Below are positions 1 through 13,447 of a DNA stretch of 64,000 nucleotides, piece by piece. The notes below the pieces were generated by a model. That model was not told the DNA's origin and did not search any database. It was given only the letters and a program-made list of their open reading frames with translations. Made by a program: the position numbers and the translations under genes. Within the stretch, counting starts at the first letter, position 1. Every line of letters starts with the position of its first letter. This DNA comes from Octopus sinensis (Eukaryota), in NCBI RefSeq assembly GCF_006345805.1, contig NC_043020.1:26784001-26848000 (forward strand), written 5' to 3'.

Positions 1-3000
1 AAAATCTACAATTGTTGTCTTTCCGTGTTTACAAACAGCCTCCTTTCCAAATGAATGCTATATATATATATACATATACATATATATATATATATATACA
101 CACACAACACATGAATGACATGAAATGTAATTGTGCTGTAGTAATGTGGAGCATGCTATCTCTTGAAAATGAAATGAAAAAAAAAACAAACTGCATTTTT
201 TTCTTGATTGTATATTTTTCTGGTTTTTTTGAGCAATGCCTCCTGTTTTTATTTGTTTTATTTTTGGCCTGTTTATAGTTTGTTGGAATGTTTGTACATT
301 GAATGAACAGCTAGTCTTGAAGGAAATAATGGACTAAAAAAATCACACACATGTCCCTTGCCTGAGACGTGCATGCATGCATACACACCCCCCATGTATG
401 TATTGTTATGTTAGGGACCTTATAAATACAAGCAGCATGCACATGTATACACCCATATTTATATAAAAATATATATAAATCTCTATGTATATATGACATG
501 CATTAGATGTATATCATATATACATTATATGTGCATTTATATACATGAAATTATACATACATGTGAACAGAAGTATACACACACACACACATACGATATA
601 TATATATTTATAAAGTAGAAACACTTATACATGTATATTCGTTAAGGATCTTGAATGTTCTTTTTGTTCCCCCATGGGTTAAAATGGATTAATTAACTCT
701 TAATTTGCAAGCAGACCCTAAAATCATGCAGTCCCCCCAAAACTCACAAATTTGCTTTCAGTTTCTTATCAAAACTATCTCCTGGAAACCCCCAAACTCT
801 ATTCAGCTTTTACTAACCAACATACATTTTTTTTGTTGTTTTTTTCAGGAAGGGGTAGGTGGAATTTAATGATTTAATGCCCTGTTTATTCCCCTACAAA
901 GTGAAGGGATTAGTAATTTCTCAGTCAGCAACATAGTGTTAAAATTTGGGTCTTTGCTATTTCATTTCTCTCTGCCCCCATTCCCCCAACCACCACCACC
1001 AGTATATCATCACCACCAACTGCATTTGCGAAGTACATGAACATCACACGATCTCTCACTTCAGTTCTCTTATTAACCTGAGACCTTTTGTACCTGTCTA
1101 AGAATATAATCGACTGCTGATCTGTCTTGGTTTTCCACAATCGGGGCTTCCAAATTTCCTATTATTATCTTTGCTGTTATAATTGTTGTTGTTATTTAGC
1201 TCCAGGGCAATCCTGATCGAGCTGACCCATGGTCAAAGGTCTTCTGCGCCAGCCATGACAGACCAATCTGATATTTTATGTTTGTTTTTATAGGGTAAGT
1301 AGAATTACAGTATCCGATGTTTCCTTCCATTTTTCTTTTAGTGTTGTGTGATGTGGGAGAATGTAGCTGCTGTTTCTAGCAAATTGTAGAGGCTCTTTTT
1401 TTTTAGCTGTAGAACATCAATAGTAAAATGCTTAAACCTGAGTAGTTTGCATTTCGTCTTTGGAAGTGGGGGGCAGGTTAGAGCTGAAAGCTGACTTTGG
1501 TGAGGGATAAAGTGAAGAAGTAAACAAACTTAGGGAAATATGGTGATAATGGTTGAAATGGATATGATTGTTGAGATCCCTTAAACTCGGGGTCTAACTG
1601 AACCCTTGCAACAGAAATTTGGTAAAATGAAATTGAACTGGAATCAAACAGTATTCTAAAATGCAATTGTCATTCCCATGACTTTGGTCTCTCTGACACC
1701 GTGGTAGAAGCAGGGCAAGAAAGACACTGCCAAAGGTGGCAGCCACCAATGAAATGATCATCTGATAATGTTCATTTCAGATAGGCAAAACATCTTTGTT
1801 GGTGGCTGTGAGTAAACCTAGTGCTTTATGTTCTTTTATATGTTTCAGTCATTGGACTACGGCCCTTCTGGGGCTTCTACCTTGAGGGTTTAGTTAAAGA
1901 AATCAACCCAGTGCCTTTTTTTTAAACTCTGGTATTCTATCACTGTGATCATAAACAAACCAACTGTGGTTCTCAAGTGGTGGGTAAATAAACACAAAGA
2001 CACAGTCATTTTAGTTGATTGGTTTTCTGTTTTCTTAAATGTAAATAGGATTTGCATATTTCAGTTATTTTACATAAAATCGTGCATGCATTTACGTGTG
2101 TATATTGTTGATATTGTTGCACATGGCATGTGAGCATGTACTCGCACTCATTCATATGAGTGTGTATTGGAAGATTGTTTAAGATACTGACCGTGTTTCA
2201 ATTTGGTATGTGAGTGTTTAAGGATAGGTAGGTGACCACTTTATATATATTTATTTAATTGACACAATGTTATTATGTGCTACTAATAGTTTCCTATGCC
2301 GAAAACATGTCAAATAATGAATTATGATGTGTAACATCACAACACAGTAAATAATATTCTGAAATGCATATGTCATTTCCAAGAGTATGTGGTTTGTGCT
2401 TGATGACTGTGTTGGGATGTTACACATGTTATAATTCATTATTTGGCATGTTACCAGCATAGAAAACTATTAGTAACACATAAGAATATGTGTTGTGTCT
2501 ATTAAATAATATTTCTCTCTCACCAGATGGAGTACTTTTTGTTGATCTTACCCTTATGGAACAGTACATTATATATATATATATATATATATATATAACC
2601 TCTTTCTTTCTTATGCTCTCATTGTCTTATCGGTAGTGAAAAAGTGATATAAAATCTTCTGGAAGCCTGGTTAATCTTCTTGCTTGCTCAGAGGAGGAAA
2701 GTAGCATTTAAGCAGTAAGAATACCAGTATATCTTTCTCTGGAAAATCTTGTATGTTTTACAAATTTTTTGTCTAGATCAGGAGGTGAGGAAACATATTT
2801 AGTAGTATAAATGAGCTGCAAATGTATAAAAAAATATATATATATAATTGAAGGCTAAAAAAATATTGTTGAATTTTATAGAATCATGTGTACATATTAG
2901 ATTAATTTATTAGATTAACTTAGCAGCAGTAATTTGATCTTTATCTGACTTCATTTAAAACTGAAATAAGTACCATCACATGAATTCACTATATTTAGGA

Positions 3001-4753
3001 GTTATCAACCATTTTTTTTTTACCTGTAGACCCCTTTGATTACAATTTTATTCTTGTGGACCCCCATAGCCATTCAGTGTTTAAAAACTAGTTTTATAGG
3101 GATTTCTTTCAAAATTTCTGTTTTTCATACATTATCTTGTGTCTACAATGTTAGAGGAAAAAAACCTAAATGTTTCTTGCAATACATACATGTAAAGCAA
3201 AATCTTTTCAGGGGCCCTTAATATACCATTGTGGATACCCCAAAATCTTATATGGACCCTGGTTGAGGAGAATCACTGTTTTAGCCCCTTAACATATTCT
3301 TCTAAAGATGCTCTGCCTTCGTTTCATTTAATTTTGAAAATGAGGGAGAATTCAGTAAAATAACTGTCTTTATTAACCCTTTAGTTACCATATTTCTATT
3401 ACCATATTCTTCTGTCATTATTACGCCTTTAGTTACCATATTTCTGCCTTGTTTCAATTAATTTTAAAAATATGGAAAAATATAGTAAAAAAAAAAAAAC
3501 TCGTTATTAAGCTTGTGTTTGGAATATAAATTAGCATAAAATTTTAATGGGAAGTTTTAATTTAGATCACCTTAGCCCCTTGGTTATGTATGTTGAGCTA
3601 CACTGTCTTAGATTCAATTTTGATAATTATGATGAGTTTAGTAAAATAACTTCATCATTATTAAATTTCTATTTGAAACAAATTAACCTGAAATTTTGCC
3701 AGGAGATTTTAGATCACTTTAAAACATGAAGTTTGTATCATATAGCTAATAACAGTTTGGTTTCAAAGGCGTTGGAAATTTTCAGTTGGTTTTTGAATAT
3801 TGATTCACTGAGAATTGTTGCATTTCAGTAAATATTTTTTATTTGTTTTCGGTGTTAGGTACAGGAAAGTGTCTTTAGAACTTTCATAATCTCTGGTTGT
3901 TGTCTTGAAAAGATTTGCTCCTATGCAAAATTTGGCCCACAACTTGATAGATACACACACATATGTATCCATTTTTATAGATTAAGGTTACTGGCTTGGT
4001 CTTCAGGATTTGTCTGGCTTTTTCCATGTATGAATTGTTTTTTTTATAGACACTTTGGTTTCAGATTTGAACCAGGTAAAACATTTCACCTGTAACCAAT
4101 AGGTTCCCCTATCTAATTCTAGTTTAAATAATACTTAAAATTTCAGGTGGGCAAAGATTATTGGGACAAGAAAAGGGGGGAAAACAGCAACAACAAAACA
4201 ATGAGAAAAAAAAGATACAGGTTGCTAAATTAAATGTTAAATATAAGTATAAATGACCTGTAGGGACACTGTACCTCATTATACAACCCCAGTATATTAC
4301 AAAGTATATTAAACACTTTTATAAGTCAATACTGAGTTCTACTGTGTTAGCAGTGCTGTTACATCTCTTGCAAAGGTTATCTCTACAGATTTCCCATAGA
4401 AATTATATCCAGCACTGATTTTGTTACGAGATTTTGTAAATATAAGGTTTATAAAAATTCTGTCGTTCTTGTTTGCAGTAATATTCACTTTATGGTATGA
4501 GTATATTTTAATATTAGAAAGGTGAAACTCTAACCTGTATTGTCCTACCAAGTTTATGCAAATAACTCCTGTGATTTTAACACACACAATATATATATAT
4601 ATAAGTTCGTTTATGTGAAATGCTTTTGAGGGCATTCATAAAAAGCTCCTATGCTATTTATTCTGGCTACTGCTTATTATTCCCATCTTCCAGAGTAATT
4701 GTATGGAATGGTTATCAATCTGGTACCATTATGGCATTGGACATTATATATAC

Positions 4754-4803
<50 letters not shown>

Positions 4804-4807
<4 letters not shown>

Positions 4808-6482
4808 ATAAGTGTAAAATTAATGAATTAGTAATTAATAATTTTACCAAGCAGTGTTCAGTATGTAAAAGGACCATTTACGGTATATTTAAGCATTACT
4901 ATATAAAATTAGGGTTCACCAAAAAAAATTTACTTTACCACATACCGAGAGAAATAGCTAAATTCTTTGGCTACTATTTCTAAAAGTTCGGTGTGTGGTA
5001 AAGTAAATTTTCTTTGCTGAACCCTAATTATATAAAGTAATGTTTAAATATACTGTATGTATGTATATACACTGTGTGTGTATGAGGAGAAAGAATAGTC
5101 TTTTGGTTTTTAAATCCCCTCAAGTCGTAGTTGGACTGGGTTACAGTAGAAGACCCTGCTAAGTGTCACATAGAGGGACTGGACTCTAAACCACTGCATG
5201 GGACCTCAAGTATGTGTCCCTTTTCTTTTCACATATATCTGTTCATTCATTTTGTTTTAGGTATATTTTCCATGATAGCATGTTTTGTAGGGATACATTA
5301 TTACCAAGGCATTATTTTTATAGATGTTCTTCCTGTCCTAACCACCAACAAATTTTTTTTTTTTTATCCCATACTTCTTCGTCACCATAGAGTTAATGAG
5401 TGAATTCATTGACTGAGAACAATGACCTCATTCACAGTTTGCGGCATTCTACTTTTCCAAGTAAAATTACGGGGCATAAACATTCACACACAAAATAATA
5501 TAAGATTCTATATAACTTCTGCAGCAAAATCACATTTTAGAGTTGTCTTGTATGCTGATTGTATAAACATATTTGATTTTAAAAACTTGAAATTCTAGTC
5601 AGAAAAGTCACATACTATATATATATATATATAATATATATATAATATATATATAATAATAATAATAAGTGTAAAATTAATGAATTAGTAATTAATAATT
5701 TTACCAAGCAGTGTTCAGTATGTAAAAGGACCATTTACGGTATATTTAAGCATTACTATATAAAATTAGGGTTCACCAAAAAAAATTTACTTTACCACAT
5801 ACCAAGAGAAATAGCTAAATTCTTTGGCTACTATTTCTAAAAGTTCGGTGTGTGGTAAAGTAAATTTTCTTTGCTGAACCCTAATTATATAAAGTAATGT
5901 TTAAATATACTGTATGTATGTATGTATGTATATACACTGTGTGTGTATGAGGAGAAAGAATAGTCTTTTGGTTTTTAAATCCCCTCAAGTCGTAGTTGGA
6001 CTGGGCTACAGTAGAAGACCCTGCTAAGTGTCACATAGAGGGACTGGACTCTAAACCACTGCATGGGACCTCAAGTATGTGTCCCTTTTCTTTTCACATA
6101 TATCTGTTCATTCATTTTGTTTTAGGTATATTTTCCATGATAGCATGTTTTGTAGGGATACATTATTACCAAGGCATTATTTTTATAGATGTTCTTCCTG
6201 TCACTAACCACCAACAAATTTTTTTTTTTTTATCCCATACTTCTTCGTCACCATAGAGTTAAATGAGTGAATTCATTGACTGAGAACAATGACCTCATTC
6301 ACAGTTTGCGGCATTCTACTTTTCCAAGTAAAATTACGGGGCATAAACATTCACACACAAAATAATATAAGATTCTATATAACTTCTGCAGCAAAATCAC
6401 ATTTTAGAGTTGTCTTGTATGCTGATTGTATAAACATATTTGATTTTAAAAACTTGAAATTCTAGTCAGAAAAGTCACATAC
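4804..6482. repeat. Two near-identical tandem copies of an ~860-bp unit
   Basis: 4804-5615 versus 5661-6482, separated by a TA tract; only a handful of differences. Confidence 0.95.
4879..5057. repeat. Imperfect fold-back (second copy 5736-5914)
   Basis: ~80-bp inverted arms; homologous to the 26507 element. Confidence 0.85.
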
Positions 6483-6844
6483 TATATATATATATATATA
6501 AATAAAAGATACTATATACCTCAAATACAAGCATTTATAAATCACATTCAATTTTATTTTTTCTTCTTAATACTAGTTGTATAAAACTATAGCGTTTGAA
6601 ATCCATTGAAATACTAGTCACCAAATCCACATAACTATACACACTATCTATCTATATAGTCAAATGATGAAAATGAGTGTTCAACACTGCATTGATGGAT
6701 ATAATTTCTTTATTTGTGAATTAAGGCTACCATTGGTTTTACATGGAGAAAGGTGTTCGACTCCATTTTAGAAAACACAACCTCGTTTTATATATATATA
6801 AATTTCTAAGTCTCTCTAAAGGAGACTATGGTCAGCGGTACTGG

Positions 6845-7105
6845 ATATTAATAGTTATTGCCATGCTAATATGGCAGTCCAGAAATATAGGACGAATGCT
6901 GCTGATAATTAGTTCCAAGAGGCCATCACCTCTAGCTAGCTATGCGTTACACGAACCTGTGTCTTCCCTGTTCGAAGAATATAATGGACACAGGTTGATG
7001 TGTCCCATAGCTAGCTAGAGGCGATGGCCTCTTGGAGCTAATCAACAGCAGCATTCATCCTATATTTCTGGACTGCCATATTAGCTTAGCGATAACTATT
7101 AATAT
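6845..7105. repeat. Fold-back with ~100-bp arms ending at (TA)n
   Basis: 6845-6944 inverted at 7006-7105. Confidence 0.9.
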
Positions 7106-7707
7106 ATATATATATATATATTTATATCCACACTCATCACTCGCCTCTGACTACAAGCATGTATAAGTCACAACTTTGTTTGAAATTTTGTTTATTTTTA
7201 AATTACAAATAATTGATCCACTGTAACTAATAACTAGTCCTTCAGGTATTCTCATAAACATGCTAACACTCACAACTAAAATAGCTAGCCATTATTTCCT
7301 CAACGTGCATGACTTGGCTGTATGTCACTTGTATGGTTATTATTATTATTATTTGGAAATTGATGTTTTTTATTATTATTATTATTTTAAAATCTTTGTA
7401 TGTAGTTAGTACAATTGTTTTTTTTTTGTGTTTGATTGTTTATTTATTTATTTATTTTGAAGAATGATGACGTGAAATGAAACAAGAATCAAAATTAAAT
7501 GAGCAAATATTAAATCATACCTCTTTTTAATTATGAATACATCTTACACCAAACCATCAGAAAAGGCCTTGTATGTATGTATTATATATATATACATACA
7601 TACATGCATACATACAAATATATGTATATAAACTGTATACTTCCATTCATTGTTTTTTCAAATGTTATATACATATGTATGTACACTTTTGTGTGGGTGT
7701 CTGTCTG

Positions 7708-7754
<47 letters not shown>

Positions 7755-10504
7755 GACACTATCATACACAAATACCACCATGATGTTACTCCAAAGAAGC
7801 TTCCTTGGGAGAAACAACAAAATATATATATATATATACATACATACACACATTCACATAAAAACTGTATAAATCTTAGACAAAACCAAATGACAAACAC
7901 TCAAAAGAAAAATGCTGGAAATAAAAAAAAAATAAACAAAAATCCTTAGTAATTAACGATTCCTTATTAACGGCAATTAAACTGCAGTTCTATATATAAT
8001 TTTTTTTCCTCTCTTGTATACAACCATAAACACACAAACACATATGCGAGCTCATCATATATATATATGTGTGCATATATATCTCCTACACACAATTGCA
8101 TATATAAACCCATAATGGTGTCTACGGTTCTGCCTGAAAAACGAATATTGCTACGGATCAACTAAAGCATGCACTCCACATTTTTTCTTTTTTTTTTTTG
8201 GCTTTTGCACTACTGTTTGTCAATTTTTCTGGTGTTTTTTTTTCCTTTTGTAATTGCATTTTATGTCATCATCGTCGTTGTTACTATTATTAATTAGTAT
8301 TATTACTATAATTACTACTACTACTACTACTACTACCAACACTTATGTTACCAATTTTACTACAGCTGCTACTACCACTACTACTACTATTATGCGACTA
8401 AAAACAAAACAAAAAAGTATTCGTTGTCATGCTTTTTGTTAATTTTTATCAATTTTTCCCAATATATATGTGTGCGCATATATATACATACATATATGTG
8501 TGCTTATATGTACATACATATATGTGCGATTATATATATATATATATACACACACATATGTGTGCTTATATATATGTATATACACACATATGTGTGCATA
8601 TATATATATATATACATATATATACATATACATATATGTGTGCGTGTATACATATATGTGTGCGTATATATGTAATTTGCACTTATATATATGTACAGGT
8701 GTGATTTGCACTCAGAGTTTCTTGCATGTGTATATATAACTGTATGTATAACCTTATGTAGATATATGTGACAAAAAAAAAAGCAAAAAAGAAGCAAAAC
8801 AAGTCAAAATTCTATTTGCATGTTTATTAACCATTTCTAGGAATTGACAATTCCTTCCTAATTTCTTGTTTGTTTTGGTGTTTGTCTCTCTCTGGCTCTT
8901 GTGTGTGCCTGCCAGTATTATTTTTTTGTCTTAATGTAGAACATACGTACATATATATTTATATGTTTCTATATATATATATATATCTATATATGTATGT
9001 ATATGCATATTGATCTTAATTAGTCTGTAGTTTAGCAATGTATCTTTCACACACTCTTAACTAATAATAAAAATTTTTTTTTCTTTTCCAATTCGGGATT
9101 CACTAAGCTCGTGCATGCTGTTTGTTTGTTTTTTGTTTTTGAAATAATATTTGTGGTTGCTATGCACAAAGCATCTAGTTTTTTTTACCAATTCTCTCTA
9201 TCTCTGACCATCTCTCTTTCTCTACTCTCTCTCTCGCCCTTTCTTTCTCTCTCACATACACACGTCTGTCCTGTAATGTGTATGTCTTTTACTTGGTAAC
9301 GGTATTTGGAAATGTCTCACTTTGCATGCGTTATAACCAGCAAGCTTGTATACATTACACCTGCAATGATAACCATACTCCTACGTGGTCGATTAATTTG
9401 CTAAAAACAGCAGCTAAATATCTCAAGTCACACCATTAAACAAAGGACATATTGGACAATGTAGTCTAAGGTTCACTGCCTAGAGAAAAGAGAGAAGGAG
9501 GGACGGTCATGGTTAGAATGTCTTTAAACAGTTTGCTTAATCGGAGTTGATCTGGCGCGAAACAACAGCAACGTTGCGTGGTTACTGCCTTTGCTAGAAA
9601 TGGTACCCAAGTTTCCTTTAAATATCACTTTACATTTTTAAAAACATGTTTGAAAAGAAAACTATGAGCAAGATGGTCGTGGTTGGATTTCCATTTGATC
9701 GAAATTGACCCAGAACTAAATAACAGGAACCCCCTAAACCAATTAAAAAACAAAGAGAAAAACTATAGGTTGAAGAATTTAGTATGGCTGAGTGGTTAAA
9801 ATGCTTGCTTCGTAACCAGCGAGCAGTGGGTTCAGTCTCAAAGCGCAGCACATTGTATTTTATTCTAGAGTTGGATCTGAATTAGTGAACTTGGTAGACG
9901 GAAACTGTGAGAATCCCGTCGTGTTTGTTGTCCCCCACCGCTTGACAACTGGGATTGCTTTCTTTATGTCTCTTAGCAATGTAACTTAGCAATTCAACAA
10001 GATAGTCTGATAGAATGGTCGATGTTTTTGACTAATTCCACCAAGGGGGTGTTCCAAAAATGGCTGCAGTCCAAAGACTGAAGCTAGTAAAAGAGTATAT
10101 TTAAAATATTAGTTCCTTGTAGAGGAGCAAAATTGAAATAGATGGAACACTAAAGAAAAAAAAATTCAAAGCTTCCAAGAGAAACAAAATTTACATATAT
10201 TCACACACACGCATGGTACATTATAAAACCTGCCTGGCCATGTGCTTCCACAGCAAGAAACTATTAGCTCATTTATAGTGTACATTAAATGATATTTACT
10301 TCCTCACAGGATGGAGTACTTTTATTGCTGATCCTACCATACCAGAATAATTTATATATAAAATGGAGAAATTAGAGAAAATGTATGAATTGGATGATGA
10401 GTAAAACACTGGCACAGTTTCGATTACCTGTTGTTATCCTTCGTAGTGGTGATTGGGATAACAGTATTGATAAAATAGATGGAATGAGTAAAAGATTTTA
10501 TTGG

Positions 10505-10546
10505 GTACGACACGTGTTTCGACCCGTTCTGGGTCTCCTCGGGTAC
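10505..10546 (-). ncRNA. Minimal type I hammerhead-like motif (U4C variant)
   Basis: gtac CCGAGGA GACCC agaac GGGTC GAAAC ACGTGT C gtac. Confidence 0.55.
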
Positions 10547-11322
10547 ATCAATAGATAAAGTCTTACTAGAGATTTTCTCAGTTAGCTTACGTACCGCTAT
10601 ATGTCCATCAAATTCGAGAATGAGTAAAAAAAAATAGAGAAAAGTTATTGAAGCGCAAAACATTCAAAAATGAACGTGAAAACTATACATTCTAGTTTAG
10701 AGAAAATGACGTTATGAGCCTTCGCTGTTGTAACTGTTAAGAGAAATAAAAGGATGTAGAAGTTGAAAGGAAGAGAATACTTAGACGAGAATGTTTTTTT
10801 TGTATTCGTGCTTAGACGCACATATACATACACAGATACATATAAATATACTCACATAGACATATGTGCTCACGCACACACGTCCAAGTATATGGGCATA
10901 TACATACGCACACGTATGGACGAATACATACATGTATAGGAACTTCTGCAGGTACACACGTGCATATATATATCTCACGTGACCGACCAGGCCATCAGAT
11001 GTTGCTACACATCGCTGGTCACAATGCGCTTCACATTGTTTAGCCTTCAATGACGCCACCCCGCTGGCTAAGCGAGCAGGCTATATATATATATATACGT
11101 ACATAGCATAGATAGATATGTGCATTCATTCGTACGTAAAGCAAGATACAGACGTCTGTACAAAGTTTGACTCATATACAGAGGTGATAATACACTCGCG
11201 TATGCACTTCAGTAACTATATACACGCAAATACACATATACTCACACACAGACATGTATATGCATATACAGATATATATATACATGCATATACAGATGTA
11301 TATATTATGTATATGTATATAC

Positions 11323-11365
<43 letters not shown>

Positions 11366-11859
11366 TATACAGATGTGTATATTATGTATATGTATATACA
11401 GATATATATATATATGCATATACAGATGTATATATATATATATGTGTGTGTGTGTGTATGAATTTATAGATGTATATATTATGTCTATGCATATATATAC
11501 ACACATATATGTATGTATACAGATATAGATGTACATATATGGATCGAGATTGCAAGATCATATGCCAAATAATAAGTTATTCAAATATGGTTCCTCAAGT
11601 TCATGTGTATCAAGAGTTGTGGGCGCCACGTATATATCAAGTAATGGAAGGTCTGGATTGTAATATGTGAATGTGTGTTTAGTTGTGTATAGGCATCTGG
11701 GTAATTGTTCAGTGAATTTACTTATAATGTGCTCCTTTGTGAACATTATCGAGAGTGATTCCTCGGAACGTAATTGGCATTTGCGGGATATAGCGTAATA
11801 GGGACTCGTGTGCCTAAGTATGGACCATGTAAGGTCGTATTTTGTCTATATATGGGGAG

Positions 11860-12390
11860 AAGGTGCGTAGCTCAGTGGTTAGAGCGTCGGACTCAATCGT
11901 TGGCTAATGAGTTCGATTCCAGGACCGGGCTGTGTTCTTGAGCAAGATACAATTTTATGTTGTTCCGATTCAGTCCGCGATGTCACTAGTGCCAAGGTGT
12001 GTCGGTCTTTCCCGCGGGTTTTGTATGGTAAAGATGTGGATGGGGAAAATAGAGGGTGATGTACTAGCGACCCTTCCCCCTACTGTTTTACAAAGTAAAC
12101 AACAACAACACAACTAAGCAGAGGCAGCCATGGTTGAAATAAGAACAAGCATTATTGAAAGAGAAAAGAAGCAGGGTCATTCCTTTAAAGTGACCTTATC
12201 TTGTCACCCATGACTGGTTATGCATTCATAAATTAGTTTGATAGTTGAGCTCTGATTGACTGTATGCAAATGAGTTCATAACTGGGGTCCGGAACTCTCG
12301 TGGGAAAAACATTTCGCTGCCCGGTCTTGTGCCTTGGAGGGGACTTTCTAGGTCCAATTCCATGATCATTCATGACCGAAAGGGGTCTTT
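11860..12390 (+). mobile_element. tRNA-derived SINE, further family
   Basis: TAGCTCAGTGG...GAGTTCGATTCC head followed by TGTGTTCTTGAGCAAG. Confidence 0.6.
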
Positions 12391-12410
12391 ACCTTATATA
12401 TATATATGTG

Positions 12411-12750
12411 TAGGAGTGGCTGTGTGGTAAGTAGTTTGTTTACCAACCACATGGTCCCGGGTTCACTCCCACTGCGTGGCACCTTGGGCAAGTGTCTTCT
12501 ACTATAGCCTCGGGCTAACCAAAGCCTTGTGAGTGGATTTGGTAGAGTGAGACTGTAAGAAGCCCATCGTATATATGTATGTGTGTTTGTGTGTCTGTGT
12601 TTGTCCCCCCAACATCGCTTGACAACTGATGCTGGTGTGTTTAGCAGTTCGGCAAAAGAGACCGATTGAATAAGTACTAGGCTTACAAAGAATAAGTCCC
12701 GGGGTCGAGTTGCTGAAATGACTGAAACAAGTAAAAGAGAGTAAAGAGTA
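12411..12750 (+). mobile_element. tRNA-derived SINE family 1. Other copies approx. 18526-18900(-), 20708-21113(+), 39951-40338(+), 45126-45540(+), 46316-46705(+), 48558-48968(-), 49878-50185(-), 50435-50700(-), 56470-56826(-)
   Basis: Head GGAGTGGCTGTGTGGTAAG...GGTTCAGTCCC (A/B-box-like), internal microsatellite, tail GAAACAAGTAAAAGAG; 10 or more copies. Confidence 0.85.
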
Positions 12751-12924
12751 AATATGTAAGTTTGGTAGGGTTGGTCTCTCTACTTTGAATCGTAACCTGC
12801 GAGAAGATCCTGTGTATATACAGATATATATATATGGGGAAACCAAGACCAGCAAGAGACTATTTCGGCCAAAATAACATGTGTACACTAAATAAGTGTG
12901 TGTGTGTGTGTATATATATATATC

Positions 12925-13165
12925 ATCATCATCATCGTTTAACGTCCGTTATCCATGCTAGCATGGGTTGGACGGTTCGACCGGGGATCTGTGAAGCCAG
13001 AAGGCTGCACCAGGCTCCAGTCTCATCTGGCAATGTTTCTGCAGCTGGATACCCTTCCTAATGCCAACCACTCCGTGAGTGTAGTGGGTGCTTTTTACGT
13101 GCCACCCGCACAGGTGCCAGGCGAGGCTGGCAACGGCCACGATTCGGATGGTGCTTTTTACGTAT
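12925..13165. mobile_element. Short interspersed repeat with (CAT)n end and tgctttttacgtgcc subrepeats; inverted copy at 54840-55170
   Basis: Two high-identity copies in opposite orientation. Confidence 0.75.
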
Positions 13166-13189
13166 ATATATATATATATTGCATATGTA

Positions 13190-13447
13190 CAGGGTGTTCA
13201 AAAAGTCTCTCCGCAGTAAATATTTCTGTATTTCAAAATAAATATTTATAAGATGGTATAAGACTTGTAAAAGTCTAATATATTCCTTTTTTAGACTTTA
13301 GAAAAATGTTTGTAAGAGGTGTTTAAAGTGTCGTTCCTCATTTTCAATGCATAAGTTGAGTCTTCTTACACAGGTTCTGAAATACATTTTGGATGATAAA
13401 AAAAAAAAAAAAGAAATTCACTGCCGAGAGACTTTTTGAACACCCTA
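13190..13447. mobile_element. Tc1/mariner-type MITE
   Basis: TIR CAGGGTGTTCAAAAAGTCTCT, flanked by TA. Confidence 0.8.

Noticed and set aside
985-1050. YFANAVGGDDILV as an RNA-virus RdRp GDD motif
   Set aside because: No upstream motif A or B, and the ORF is too short.
1781-1807. 27-nt plus-strand microexon IGKTSLLVA resembling a P-loop
   Set aside because: No partner exons found; such a short match is expected by chance.
5131-6256. Duplicated hydrophobic ORF MDWVTVEDPAK...
   Set aside because: It begins in SINE-derived sequence and its frame differs between the two copies.
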